Assembly (NCBI GenBank): GCA_046597055.1
Contig: JBKJLC010000235.1
Coordinates: 1 to 34,734 of the forward strand
Origin: Kofleriaceae bacterium
GTDB taxonomy: Bacteria; Myxococcota_A; Polyangia; Haliangiales; Haliangiaceae
Length of the DNA stretch: 34,734 bases
Direction of reading: 5' to 3'
In this document: piece after piece, positions 12,732 to 25,996 of the stretch
How positions within the stretch are numbered: position 1 is the stretch's first letter
How the letters are laid out: each line of letters opens with the position of its first letter
The notes under the pieces: generated by a model
The model's input: the letters and a program-made list of their open reading frames with translations, nothing else
Databases searched by the model: none
What the model was told of the DNA's origin: nothing
Program-made: the position numbers and the translations under genes

Positions 12732-12772
12732 CTGGGATCCCGGACCGACCGCACTTCTGGTCAGGAGAATCG

Positions 12773-13570
12773 ATGCACCGACAGACCTACATCGTGGCCC
12801 TCGCGACTGCGCTCACCGTCCTCGCCACGGCCGGCACGGCCGCCGCCGACAAGAAGCAGCACCGCTTCGTGGGGATCCATCCGATCGCGAAGGGTCACGG
12901 CGGCGGCGTCTGCCACATCCAGGCGCCCCACGTCCACGTCTACGCCCCGACCGACGTCAAGGTGCAGTACCGCGACCACGACGGCTACCACCACTTCGTC
13001 GGTGATCCGGTCGCCTACGGATGGGACGGCGACAAGCACGCCTACTACGGCCACCACCCGGTACCGGTCGACGTGATCGTCGACGACCGCGAGCACCCGG
13101 ACATGGAGTACTGCTACCTCGACGGCGCGCACTATCACGCGTGGGCGCCGACCGCCGAGCTCGACCTCGATCTCGAGCTGCGCGGCGACGCGTACTGGTA
13201 CACCGGGAAGTTCCCCAAGGCCTACGTCGAGGCGCGGCCGGTCTACGATTCGATCGACGTCGTCTATCAGCCGATCGTCTACCCGCGGCCGGCGGTGGTC
13301 GTCGACGTCGCGCCGCCCGAGTGGTACGGCCTGGTCGTGGTCGCGCCGGTGGTGGAGGTCCGCGGCCCGCGCCCGCGCGCGCACGTCCAAGGCGCCGCCG
13401 TGTTCGAAGCCGGCGTGCGCGTCCACGTGCCGCCACCGCCGACGATCCGGGTCGAGGTCGGCCTGCCGTCGGTCCACATCGGCGTCGGTGGCCACGTCCA
13501 TGGCGGCTACCGCGGCCACCACCGCGGCAAGTTCAAGCGCGGCAAGCACAAGGGTCGCGGGCACCGATGA
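12773..13570 (+). CDS. Exported His-rich hypothetical protein with an internal duplication
   Basis: AGGAG RBS; signal peptide ending AAA; two G.HP..C..H.H...P units; basic His/Gly/Lys tail. Confidence 0.8.
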   Translation: MHRQTYIVALATALTVLATAGTAAADKKQHRFVGIHPIAKGHGGGVCHIQAPHVHVYAPTDVKVQYRDHDGYHHFVGDPVAYGWDGDKHAYYGHHPVPVDVIVDDREHPDMEYCYLDGAHYHAWAPTAELDLDLELRGDAYWYTGKFPKAYVEARPVYDSIDVVYQPIVYPRPAVVVDVAPPEWYGLVVVAPVVEVRGPRPRAHVQGAAVFEAGVRVHVPPPPTIRVEVGLPSVHIGVGGHVHGGYRGHHRGKFKRGKHKGRGHR

Positions 13571-13977
13571 GCGCGCGAAGCGCTCGCGCCCTGGGTGTGC
13601 TCGCGGCGCTGGCGCTCGGCGCGGCGGCGGGTGCGTGCGACAAGGACGCCAGCAAGACCGGCGGCAGCGACGACACCGCGGTTGCCGCCTGGCGCAAGGC
13701 CGGCCTCGAGGTGTCGGCGCTGACCGACGTCGATGCCAAGCCGTACTCGGCCCAGGGCTGCAAGGGCGGCACCGTCAGCGGCGTCGACGTGATCCTGTGC
13801 CGGTACGACACCGGCGAGGACGCCAAGGCGGCCGAGGACCCCGCCCTGGCGACCCTGAGCGGCGTCACCGGCGCGGCGCTGGCCAACGGCTCGCGTCTGC
13901 TGGTGGTCGCCGACCGCCGCAAGGCGGATCCGACCGGGCGGACGATCGACATCGTCACGAAGACGTTCCGGAAGTAG
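13567..13977 (+). CDS. Hypothetical lipoprotein
   Basis: ATGA overlap; MSARSARALGVLAALALGAAAGAC lipobox; GC-rich third codon positions. Confidence 0.8.
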   Translation: MSARSARALGVLAALALGAAAGACDKDASKTGGSDDTAVAAWRKAGLEVSALTDVDAKPYSAQGCKGGTVSGVDVILCRYDTGEDAKAAEDPALATLSGVTGAALANGSRLLVVADRRKADPTGRTIDIVTKTFRK

Positions 13978-13992
13978 CGAACGCGCCTCGCG

Positions 13993-14116
13993 CCTTCGCT
14001 CGGGATTGATCGTCAAGGATCGTTCCTTCGCTGACCTGCGGTCAGCTACGTTCACGACCCTTCGACCCTGCTCAGGATCGTTCCTTCGCTGACCTGCGGT
14101 CAGCTACGTTCACGAC
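13993..14116. repeat. REP-like palindromic repeat cluster
   Basis: Exact 43-bp direct repeat at 14016-14058 and 14074-14116, each with hairpin GCTGACC-TGC-GGTCAGC; related motifs at 13993-14006 and 14059-14078. Confidence 0.85.
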
Positions 14117-14152
14117 TGGACCGCGCGCGCGGCCTCGCCCAAGATGCCGGCC

Positions 14153-14680
14153 ATGGCGTCGCGCAAGGAGCTCCTGGTCGAGAGTGGCGGCAACGCGGTC
14201 ACGATCGCGCTCGAGCCGACGTCCGAGGGCGGCTGGCGGGTCGAGGTCGACGGCACGCCGCGGCAGGTCGATGCTCGGCTGATCCGGCCGGGCACCTGGT
14301 CGCTGCTGATCGACGGCCAGAGCTACCTGGTCGATCTCGATCCGCGCAAGAAGGGCCTGGCGGCGTCGGTCGCGGCCGCGGCCGGGCCCGCCGAGGCGAT
14401 GATCACGGTCGAGGATGCCCAGACCCGGCGGCTGCGCCAGAGCCTGGTCACCGGGCCGGCCGCGCGCGGCGAGGAGGTCCGGGCCCCGATCGCTGGCAAG
14501 GTCGTGAAGATCCTGTGCGCGGTCGGCGAGGAGATCGCCGTCGGCCAGAGCATCGCGGTGCTCGAGGCGATGAAGATGGAGAACGAGATCGCCGCCGAGC
14601 GGGGCGGCACGGTCAAGGAGATCCTGAAGGTCGCGGGCCAGTCGGCCGAGTCGGGCGAGCTCCTGCTCGTCCTCGTGTAA
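14153..14680 (+). CDS. Biotin carboxyl carrier protein (acyl-CoA carboxylase biotin-carrier subunit)
   Basis: APIAGKVV...LEAMKMENEI biotinylation motif; alternative start 14144. Confidence 0.9.
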   Translation: MASRKELLVESGGNAVTIALEPTSEGGWRVEVDGTPRQVDARLIRPGTWSLLIDGQSYLVDLDPRKKGLAASVAAAAGPAEAMITVEDAQTRRLRQSLVTGPAARGEEVRAPIAGKVVKILCAVGEEIAVGQSIAVLEAMKMENEIAAERGGTVKEILKVAGQSAESGELLLVLV

Positions 14681-14717
14681 TCCAACGCCGGTTTGCCCGT
14701 CGCCGCCGCTGCGTGCT

Positions 14718-15905
14718 ATGAGCGCGACAACACCCGTGGCCTACCGATCGTTCGCCGACGTCCTGGCCGACAAGAAGATCCTGGTCTGTGTCGGCTCGGG
14801 TGGCGTCGGCAAGACCACCACCGCCGCGGCGCTGGCGCTGGCCGGTGCCCGGGCCGGCAAGCGGACGCTGGTCATCACGATCGACCCGGCCAAGCGGCTG
14901 GCGAGCTCGCTCGGCCTGGCCGCGCTCGGCCACGAGATCCAGGAGGTCGCGCCCGAGCTGGTGCGGGCCGGCGCGCCCGGCGCTGGCTCGCTGTCGGCGA
15001 TGATGCTCGACCAGAAGCGCGCCTTCGACGAGATGGTCGAGAGCCACGCCAAGGATCCCGAGGCGGTGAAGCGCATCCTCGCCAACCCGGTCTACGTGCA
15101 GATCTCGGGCTCGCTGGCCGGCAGTCAGGAGTACGCGGCGATGGCGAAGCTCCACGAGCTCGACACCACCGGCCGCTTCGACCTGATCGTCGTCGACACG
15201 CCCCCGACCGCGCACGCCCTCGACTTCCTCGACGCGCCCGGCAAGCTCACCGAGGCCATCGACTCGCCGGCGATCGAGTGGTTCCGCAAGCTGCAGGGCG
15301 GCGGACGCTCGGGCTGGTCGGTGCTCGGCAAGAGCGGCTCGTTCGTGCTGGCCCGGCTGGCCAAGTTCGTCGGCTCGCAGTTCCTCGACGATCTCGGCGT
15401 GTTCTTCGCCGAGTTCAACGACATCCTCGGCGGATTCCGCCAGCGGGCCGAGGGCACCTTCGAGCTCCTGCGCCAGCCCAAGGTCGGGTTCGTCCTGGTC
15501 TCGTCGCCCGAGCCGATGGCCCTGCGCGAGGCGCTCTACTTCCACGAGCGCCTGGTCACGTCCAAGATGCCGCTCGCCGGCTTCGTCGTGAACCGCGTGC
15601 ACGTGCGGCGCCCGGTCAAGACCACCCCGGGTGACGTCGAGCGCATGCTCGCCGCCGAGCCGGCCGTCGCCGGCCTGGGCCTGTCCGCCACCAGCCTGCG
15701 CATCGCGGCCGAGGCGCTGGTCGCCGCCCACGCCGAGCAAGAGGTGCTGGCCAAGGTCGACGCCGAGGCGGTCGGCAAGGTCCGCGCCGCCGCCGGCCCC
15801 GACGCGCTGATCGTCCCGGTGCCGCTCGCGCGCGAGGACGTACACGACGTCGACCGGCTGATCGCGCTGGGCCTGCTGATCACCGCGCCGCCGCGCACGG
15901 CGTAG
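14718..15905 (+). CDS. ArsA/Get3-family ATPase
   Basis: GSGGVGKTT, TIDPAKRLA, VDTPPT..ALDFLDAP. Confidence 0.9.
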   Translation: MSATTPVAYRSFADVLADKKILVCVGSGGVGKTTTAAALALAGARAGKRTLVITIDPAKRLASSLGLAALGHEIQEVAPELVRAGAPGAGSLSAMMLDQKRAFDEMVESHAKDPEAVKRILANPVYVQISGSLAGSQEYAAMAKLHELDTTGRFDLIVVDTPPTAHALDFLDAPGKLTEAIDSPAIEWFRKLQGGGRSGWSVLGKSGSFVLARLAKFVGSQFLDDLGVFFAEFNDILGGFRQRAEGTFELLRQPKVGFVLVSSPEPMALREALYFHERLVTSKMPLAGFVVNRVHVRRPVKTTPGDVERMLAAEPAVAGLGLSATSLRIAAEALVAAHAEQEVLAKVDAEAVGKVRAAAGPDALIVPVPLAREDVHDVDRLIALGLLITAPPRTA

Positions 15906-15991
15906 GCCGCAGCCGGCCGCGGGGGGCTGGCGGATCGGGCGGCGTCGGGGCGGTCGGGAACGACGCGTCCACCCCGCGCTCGCCCCCGGCC

Positions 15992-17434
15992 TCACCTCAC
16001 CACGCCCTCACGCACCACCCCCGGCCGCCGTCCCAGCCACACGCACCACGACGGCGTGCACCGCAGCACGTCCCAGCCGAGCTCGGCCGTCGTCAGCCGC
16101 GCCACGTCGGTTGGCTGCCGCGGCGCGCCGGCCGCCGCCAGCAGGTACACCCGCTCGATCCCGTCCGCCGCCGACACCAGCGGCGGCTCGCCGCCGACCA
16201 GCTGGGTCCGGCACCCGGCATACCAGCCCACCTGCGGACGCGTCCCGGTGTAGACGATGCACCGCCGCCCGGCCACATCGTCCCCGACCTGCCGCGCGGC
16301 CTCGGCGAGCGGGCCGTGCAGGGTCCGCCGGTGGCCGAGTCGCACGTGGACGACGACCAGCGCGGCGACCACGCTGGCCAGCGCCAGCACGGTCGTCACG
16401 GCCCGCAGGCGCACCCGCGTCGGCGCCGACAGCCACCCGGCGCCGACGATCGCGAGCACGGTCGTCGCGAAGAAAACGTAGCGCGGCTCGCCGTGGGCGC
16501 GGGCGCCGAGGAGCACCCCCTGCGCGAGCGCGACGAGCACCAACAGCCGCCGCACCCGACCGCTCGCCATCGCGGCGCCGCCGCGCCGCCACGCATGCAA
16601 CCCGACCGCGGCGCCGAGCCCGACGACCACGCCCATCAGCGGCCCGGCCAGCGCCCACGGCCACCGGGTCGCGTAGTAGATCAGCCCCTCGCCCGGGTAG
16701 ATCTGGTTGGCGGCGTCGGACGCGATGCGCAACACGCCGAACGCCGACCCGGTGCGCGCCGCGCTCCACAGCAGGAACGGCCCGAGCAACGCGATCGTCG
16801 CCGTGCCCGCGAGCACGATCGCGCGCCGACGCGTCGGGTAGACCAGCGCGGCCCCGGCGAGGATCGCGGCCACGGTCGGCGCCGAGCCGTAGCGGACGTA
16901 CACGGCGAGCGCCGCCAGCACCGCGATCGCGAGCCACCGGCCCGGACCCGCGCGAGGGCGCTCGGCGTCGTCGGTGATCAGCAGCACGATGGCCAGCAGG
17001 AGCGCGGCGGTCGGGATGTCGGACAGCGCCTCGAACGCGCGCACCAGCCAGGGCGCAGCACCGACCTGCAGGAGCACCGCGAGCCCGGCCGTACGCGGGC
17101 CCGCCCAGCATCGGGCCGCCCGCGCGACCAGCGCGAGATACCCGAGCGCGAACCCGACGAACGGCGCCCGCACCAGCCAGTCAGCGCCGCCGGCGGCCAC
17201 GCCCGGGACGGCCAGCACGCGCATCCCGACCGACCGATACAGCGGGTACGGATCGACGTCGGCGACCAGGAGGCCACGGGCGCCGAGCGCGTACTGGGCC
17301 TCGTCGTTGCCGAGCGGGCTCGGCCGCGCGAGCACGCTGATCGCGGCGAGCGTCAGCAGCGCCGCGACCGCGGGTGTCAGCCAGCGCGCGGTCAGGAGCG
17401 CGTCGAGACGCGGGGGCCGGGGCGCCGACGTCAT
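15992..17434 (-). CDS. Multi-pass membrane GT-C glycosyltransferase (ArnT/PMT-like)
   Basis: DE.QY after the first TM segment, many hydrophobic segments, LSD.P and EPRY motifs. Confidence 0.7.
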   Translation of the reverse strand: MTSAPRPPRLDALLTARWLTPAVAALLTLAAISVLARPSPLGNDEAQYALGARGLLVADVDPYPLYRSVGMRVLAVPGVAAGGADWLVRAPFVGFALGYLALVARAARCWAGPRTAGLAVLLQVGAAPWLVRAFEALSDIPTAALLLAIVLLITDDAERPRAGPGRWLAIAVLAALAVYVRYGSAPTVAAILAGAALVYPTRRRAIVLAGTATIALLGPFLLWSAARTGSAFGVLRIASDAANQIYPGEGLIYYATRWPWALAGPLMGVVVGLGAAVGLHAWRRGGAAMASGRVRRLLVLVALAQGVLLGARAHGEPRYVFFATTVLAIVGAGWLSAPTRVRLRAVTTVLALASVVAALVVVHVRLGHRRTLHGPLAEAARQVGDDVAGRRCIVYTGTRPQVGWYAGCRTQLVGGEPPLVSAADGIERVYLLAAAGAPRQPTDVARLTTAELGWDVLRCTPSWCVWLGRRPGVVREGVVR

Positions 17435-17441
17435 GCGCGGC

Positions 17442-18815
17442 TCAGAGCGGATCGTGGCCGGGCGCGACCACGACGGGCCACTGCCAGCCCCCGGCCAGGA
17501 GCTCGCGCCAGCCGGTCAGGCTGGCGCCGGTGACGATCACGACCCGACGGCCGCGCCGCTCGGCGGCGGTGATCCGGCCGTCGCTGCCGAGCCAGCGGAC
17601 GTGGCCGGTCGCGGTCGCGAGCCGGGTGCCGACGACCATCTCGTCGAGCGCGGCGCCGAGCGCGTCCCAGAACTCGACCGCGTCGAGGTCGGTGTCCCAG
17701 GTGGTGACCGCGACCGCGCTGGTGCCGGCCGGGAACGCCGCGGCGCTGGCGCCGCCGTAGAGCGCGACCCGATCACCGCCCCACCCGGCCACGGCCGACC
17801 CCGCGGTGGCGGCGCCCACGCCGTGGGTCTCGAGGAAGCGGGCCCAACCGGCCTCGCCCCACACGTCATGATGAATCGTCCGGGAACCGGACGTCGCCGG
17901 CGGCGGCCCGGCGGTGATCTGATCGGGCCGCTCGTCCGCCAGGTACAGCTCGGGGTGCAGGATCTGCTCGGTCGAGCGCGGCGGGTGCTTGAACGCCTGG
18001 TCGACCCGGGTCCACGGGTGGACCCGGCGCAGGTGCGCGACGAACCTCGCGCCGGCCTGGTACGGAAAGACCAGCGACTGCCGCACCAGCAGCGGCGCCT
18101 GGCCGAGCAGGTCGTCGCCGCCCTCCAGGTTTGCCGTCAACATGCGCACCAGCAGCTCGTTGCCCCACGGCGCCGGCTGGCCCTGCTCGGCCAGCGTGTA
18201 CTCGAGCATGAGGACGACGCCGTCGCCCTCGACCAGGGCCTGGCGCGCTGCGGTGGCGTCACCGTCGCCCTCGACCTCATCCATCCACTTCTCGAGCCCG
18301 AAGTGCTGGTCCTGCAGCGCGTGGTCGATCTCGTGCGCCATCACCATGTCGGCCCAGGTCTGGTCGAAGTCGGGGCGGACCGTGATGTAGAGCTTCTGCT
18401 CCCTGGGGTCGTAGAAGCCGGCGATCTGCTCGGTCATCAGGTCGAGCATCAGCGCGTCGAGATCGGTCGCCATCGGGACCAGGCCCCATCGCTTGAGCGC
18501 GGCGGCCTCGGCGGCGCGTTCGGCCGGCGCCTGATCCTCGTCGCGGCTCGCGACGATCCGCTTGCGCAGGTCGTCGTGGCTCATCACGCCCTTGGCGATC
18601 GGACGCTTCATCTTCAGCCCGCGCAGCCGGGCGACCTTGCGGGCGATGCCGTCGGCGCGCGCGGCCAGGTGCTTGCTCCAGTCGCCGCCGGCCGGCTGGG
18701 TCGCGCGCGCGTCGTCGGCGCGCGCCCCGCCCGACACCGCCAGGAAGCCGGTGGCCGCGGCGAGCACCACGCCGAGCGCCACCGTGAGCTGCGACCAACG
18801 GCGGCGACGCGGCAT
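17442..18815 (-). CDS. Exported zincin-like metalloprotein
   Basis: Signal peptide; AGFYDP, AHEIDHALQDQHF, ALVEGDG, FPY..G, PP.STEQILHPE.Y, GWGGDR. Confidence 0.8.
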   Translation of the reverse strand: MPRRRRWSQLTVALGVVLAAATGFLAVSGGARADDARATQPAGGDWSKHLAARADGIARKVARLRGLKMKRPIAKGVMSHDDLRKRIVASRDEDQAPAERAAEAAALKRWGLVPMATDLDALMLDLMTEQIAGFYDPREQKLYITVRPDFDQTWADMVMAHEIDHALQDQHFGLEKWMDEVEGDGDATAARQALVEGDGVVLMLEYTLAEQGQPAPWGNELLVRMLTANLEGGDDLLGQAPLLVRQSLVFPYQAGARFVAHLRRVHPWTRVDQAFKHPPRSTEQILHPELYLADERPDQITAGPPPATSGSRTIHHDVWGEAGWARFLETHGVGAATAGSAVAGWGGDRVALYGGASAAAFPAGTSAVAVTTWDTDLDAVEFWDALGAALDEMVVGTRLATATGHVRWLGSDGRITAAERRGRRVVIVTGASLTGWRELLAGGWQWPVVVAPGHDPL

Positions 18816-18891
18816 CGTCCGCGCAGCCTACAACGATCGCGATGCGTGCGCTCTCGTCATGCGGTGGCCGTGCGCGCGGGCACCGCCACGA

Positions 18892-19635
18892 TCAGGTCGC
18901 GCCAGGCGGGGCCTCACCGGGAGCCGGCGCCGGCACGTCGACCGCCCCGCTCTTGACCAGCTTGCGCGCGACGATCCCGGAGATCAGGGCGCAGATCAGG
19001 CCGCCGGTCCACCCGGCCAGCACGTCGGTCGGGTAGTGAACCCCGAGGTAAACCCGGGTCGAACCGATCAGCACCGCGAGGAACACGCTGACGACGACCG
19101 AGAACACCCGGAGTGGCCCCTGCGGCAGCACCCGCGCGAGCAGCACGCCGAGCGTCAGGTACAGCGCGGTCGACATCATCGAGTGACCGCTCGGGAACGA
19201 CAGGCCGTGCGGGAGGTCGATGTGGCTGACCACCGACGGCCGGGGCCGCTCGTAGAGGAGCTTCAGCGCCGTCATCAGGCCCGCGGTGGCGGCGGCCGAC
19301 ACCCCGACCAGGATCGCGTAGCGCGCGCGGCGCGCCAGCAGCAGCGCGATCACCGCCAGGGTCGAGAACAGCCCGATGATGGTGCCCGAGCCCAGCGCCG
19401 AGAAGTTCAGCATCATCGCCTCGACCCAGGGCGGGCCGACCGGATCGTCGGGCGCGGACCGCACCGCGAGCAGGATCCGCTCGTCGAACGCCTGGAGGTC
19501 GAGCTCGGCCACCTCGTCGCCGAGCCACAGGAACAGCATGATGAGGACCCCGAGCGCGGCCAGCTCCGCGAACAGCCGCAGGTCGGCGTCGCGCAGCCAG
19601 GGCACACGGGCGGTCAGCGCCGCGCGGATTGCCAT
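18892..19635 (-). CDS. PAP2-family membrane phosphatase
   Basis: K....R.RP, SFPSGHS, TRVYLGVHYPTDVLAG. Confidence 0.92.
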   Translation of the reverse strand: MAIRAALTARVPWLRDADLRLFAELAALGVLIMLFLWLGDEVAELDLQAFDERILLAVRSAPDDPVGPPWVEAMMLNFSALGSGTIIGLFSTLAVIALLLARRARYAILVGVSAAATAGLMTALKLLYERPRPSVVSHIDLPHGLSFPSGHSMMSTALYLTLGVLLARVLPQGPLRVFSVVVSVFLAVLIGSTRVYLGVHYPTDVLAGWTGGLICALISGIVARKLVKSGAVDVPAPAPGEAPPGAT

Positions 19636-19783
19636 CACCAAGCCTAGCCCGGACCTGCGAACGCGCTCCTCCGAGGGGCACGATGACGCGCGATCCCTGG
19701 CGAATCCTGCCTGCGCGCGCGCCGGCGCGCGGCCTCGCGGTCGAGGCCAGCTCACCGGCGGACCCCGTGCTAGCTTGCGCCGC

Positions 19784-23380
<3,597 letters not shown>

Positions 23381-23408
23381 GCAAAAAGCCGAGTCGCGAA
23401 AGGTAGTT

Positions 23409-24485
23409 ATGCGTATCGTCACACTGTCGCTGCTGTCGATCCTGTCATTCGGCGGAGTCGCGACGCTGGTCGCCGGCTGCCAGGAAGACAACAAGGCGAG
23501 CCGCGCCAAGAAGGCCGGGGCCCAGCCCGCGCAGGCCGGGACCGATCTCAACCTGGCGCTCGCCAAGGTCGACGACGTGACGATCACCGTCGGGGAGCTG
23601 CAGGAGCGGCTCAACCGGCAGTCGCCATACATCCGCGCTCGCTACACCTCGCTCGAGCAGAAGAAGGAGTTCCTCGACAGCCTCGTCCGCTTCGAGGTGC
23701 TGGCCAAGGAGGCGCAGCGCCGGGGCTTCGACAAGGATCCGGAAGTGGTCCGGACCATGAAGCAGGTGATGATCCAGAAGCTGATGAAGGACGAGTTCGA
23801 GACCCGGGTGACGCCCGAGTCGATCACGGACGCCGAGATCAAGGCCTACTACGACGGCCACCTCGACGAGTTCGTGAAGCCGGAGGAGGTCCGCGCCTCG
23901 GGCATCGTGGTCAAGACCAAGGCCCAGGCCGAGCGGGTCGCGGCCGAGGCCGCCGGCGACGCCGGCAAGACCAACAAGAGCTTCCGCGACCTGGTCACGA
24001 CCTACTCGTCGCACGAGGACACCAAGCAGCGCGGCGGCGACCTCCGCTACATGACCGCCGCGACCAAGGACTGGCCCAAGCCGGTCAAGGACGCCACGTT
24101 CGCGCTGGCCAACACCGGCGACGTGTCGGGCGTGGTCGACGCCGGCGACGGCACGTTCTGGGTGCTCAAGCAGACCGGGCGCCGCAAGGCGATGACCCGC
24201 AACCTCGAGGACGCCGCCCAGCAGATCCGCAACAAGCTCTATCGCGAGAAGCGGGTCGAGACCCAGAAGCAGTTCATCGCGGCGCTCGAGGCCAAGGCCA
24301 AGGTCGTCGTCGACGAGGCCAACCTGGGCAAGGTCCGCATCGACACCTCGACCGGTGGCGGCGGCGACCCGCATGGCGAGACCCTGCCGATGCCCGACCT
24401 GACCAATCCGCCGGCCGAGGCGCCCTCCGCCATGCCGCCCCCGGTGGCGCCGCCGACCACTCCCGCGCCGCCCGCTGGCAAGTGA
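23409..24485 (+). CDS. PpiC/parvulin-type peptidyl-prolyl isomerase, lipoprotein
   Basis: VAGC lipobox; LAKV....IT..EL, YS....TK.RGGDL; follows mfd. Confidence 0.88.
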   Translation: MRIVTLSLLSILSFGGVATLVAGCQEDNKASRAKKAGAQPAQAGTDLNLALAKVDDVTITVGELQERLNRQSPYIRARYTSLEQKKEFLDSLVRFEVLAKEAQRRGFDKDPEVVRTMKQVMIQKLMKDEFETRVTPESITDAEIKAYYDGHLDEFVKPEEVRASGIVVKTKAQAERVAAEAAGDAGKTNKSFRDLVTTYSSHEDTKQRGGDLRYMTAATKDWPKPVKDATFALANTGDVSGVVDAGDGTFWVLKQTGRRKAMTRNLEDAAQQIRNKLYREKRVETQKQFIAALEAKAKVVVDEANLGKVRIDTSTGGGGDPHGETLPMPDLTNPPAEAPSAMPPPVAPPTTPAPPAGK

Positions 24486-24532
24486 CCGGACAACCCACCG
24501 CCGCTCCTGGCAGTCTCACCGTCGAGCCCATC

Positions 24533-25543
24533 ATGCGCCGTCTCCTCGCCAGCCTCGTGACCGTCCTCGTCGCCACCGCGCTCACGGCGCCGGCGTTCGC
24601 CCAGCCGAAGCGCTCGGATCCCAAGCGGACCCGGCGGGCGTACGTCATCGATCGCGTGGTCGCGGTCGTGAACGACGCGGTGGTGCTCAACAGCGAGCTC
24701 GAGGTCCGCATGGTCCCGTACCTCGCCGACGTCGAGAACATGCCCGATCTCAAGGAGCGGGCGCGCCGGACCGAGAAGCTGCGCGGCCAGGTCCTCGACG
24801 AGATGGTCAACGAGGAGCTGATCTTCCAGGCCGCGACCGAGGCCCACATCGAGATCGAGGCCAAGGAGCTCGATGCCGCGGTCAAGGACGTCCGCGAGCA
24901 GAACAAGCTCGACGAGGCCGGCTTCCAGCAGGCGCTGACCGCCCAGGGCTACACCCTCGGCCAGTACCGCCAGGACATGCGCCGGCAGCTGACCCGGCTC
25001 AAGGCGATGAACCAGCTGGTCGCGCCCAAGGTCACCATCACTGACGACGAGGTCCGCGCCCGCTACGACCAGATGCAGCGGCGCTCGGAGGCGGTCAGCG
25101 CGGTGCGGCTGTCGCACATCCTGTTCGCGCTGCCCGAGCGGCCGAGCGAGGCCGAGATCGCCGGGGCCAAGGCCAAGGCGGCGGCGGCGATGACCCGGGT
25201 CAAGGCCGGCGAGCCGTTCGCCAAGGTCGCCAGCGAGGTCACCGAGGACGAGGGCACCAAGGCCGGCGGCGGCGAGCTCGGCTGGATCGAGCGCGGCTCG
25301 CTCGACCCGGCGTGGGAGTCGGTCGTGTTCGGGATGGACAAGGACGACGTCCGCGGTCCGATCAACGGCCCGACCGGCCTGCACGTCTTCTTCGTCGCCG
25401 AGGTCAAGCGCAACGACATGAAGACCTTCGACCAGCTCAAGGAGCAGCTCCGGGGCGAGCTACGGCGGCGCGAGATGGAGAAGCAGACCAACCAGTGGAT
25501 CGAGGAGCTGCGCAAGAAGGCGTTCCTCGACATGAAGCTGTAG
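24533..25543 (+). CDS. surA: SurA-like chaperone/PPIase
   Basis: Signal peptide; IDRVVAVVND..VL.SEL, LSHIL, GGELGW, W.EELRKKA. Confidence 0.85.
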   Translation: MRRLLASLVTVLVATALTAPAFAQPKRSDPKRTRRAYVIDRVVAVVNDAVVLNSELEVRMVPYLADVENMPDLKERARRTEKLRGQVLDEMVNEELIFQAATEAHIEIEAKELDAAVKDVREQNKLDEAGFQQALTAQGYTLGQYRQDMRRQLTRLKAMNQLVAPKVTITDDEVRARYDQMQRRSEAVSAVRLSHILFALPERPSEAEIAGAKAKAAAAMTRVKAGEPFAKVASEVTEDEGTKAGGGELGWIERGSLDPAWESVVFGMDKDDVRGPINGPTGLHVFFVAEVKRNDMKTFDQLKEQLRGELRRREMEKQTNQWIEELRKKAFLDMKL

Positions 25544-25687
25544 CGTCCGCGGGCCCGAGTAGGCCCAGCTCGCACCCGCGCGGTGACGCGTGGGGTAGCC
25601 GGCACCCGCCGACGCCTGCCCGAAAGTCCGGCATCATCGGGCTGGTCTCGGCGCGTGGCCGACCTACAATCGGGTCAGGAGCACGCC

Positions 25688-25996
25688 TTGGCCGACAATC
25701 GACGATCTTCCAGCCGCCACAACGTCGATGTGCCCTGCACGTTCTCGGACGGCGTGAAACCGGGCCCGACCGAGACCCGCATCACCAACATGTCGGTGGG
25801 CGGCGCGTTCGTCTCGTACGGGCGCCTGCCGATGGGCCAGCGCGTCCACGTGAGCTTCCGGGTCCCGACCCAGGAAGACCCGATCGCGATCGGCGCGGTC
25901 GTCCGCTGGGCGACCGACCTGGGCGTCGGCGTCTCGTTCGACGGCATGCGCCCGAAGGATGTATGGGCGCTGTCAAAGTACTTCGACACGCTGTGA
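25688..25996 (+). CDS. Stand-alone PilZ-domain protein
   Basis: RxxxR (RSSSR) and NxSxGG (NMSVGG); AGGAG RBS before TTG 25688; TACAAT upstream. Confidence 0.85.
   Translation: MADNRRSSSRHNVDVPCTFSDGVKPGPTETRITNMSVGGAFVSYGRLPMGQRVHVSFRVPTQEDPIAIGAVVRWATDLGVGVSFDGMRPKDVWALSKYFDTL

Noticed and set aside
14016..14116. Possible CRISPR mini-array
   Set aside because: Only two repeats, a 15-bp spacer that is itself part of the REP-like motif, and no cas genes in the window
14718..15905. Arsenic resistance locus
   Set aside because: No arsR, arsB, arsC or arsD; a single-domain ArsA-like ATPase is not evidence of arsenite efflux
19376..19783. N-terminal extension of mfd
   Set aside because: Overlaps the divergent PAP2 gene; the -10 box at 19771 supports a start near 19784
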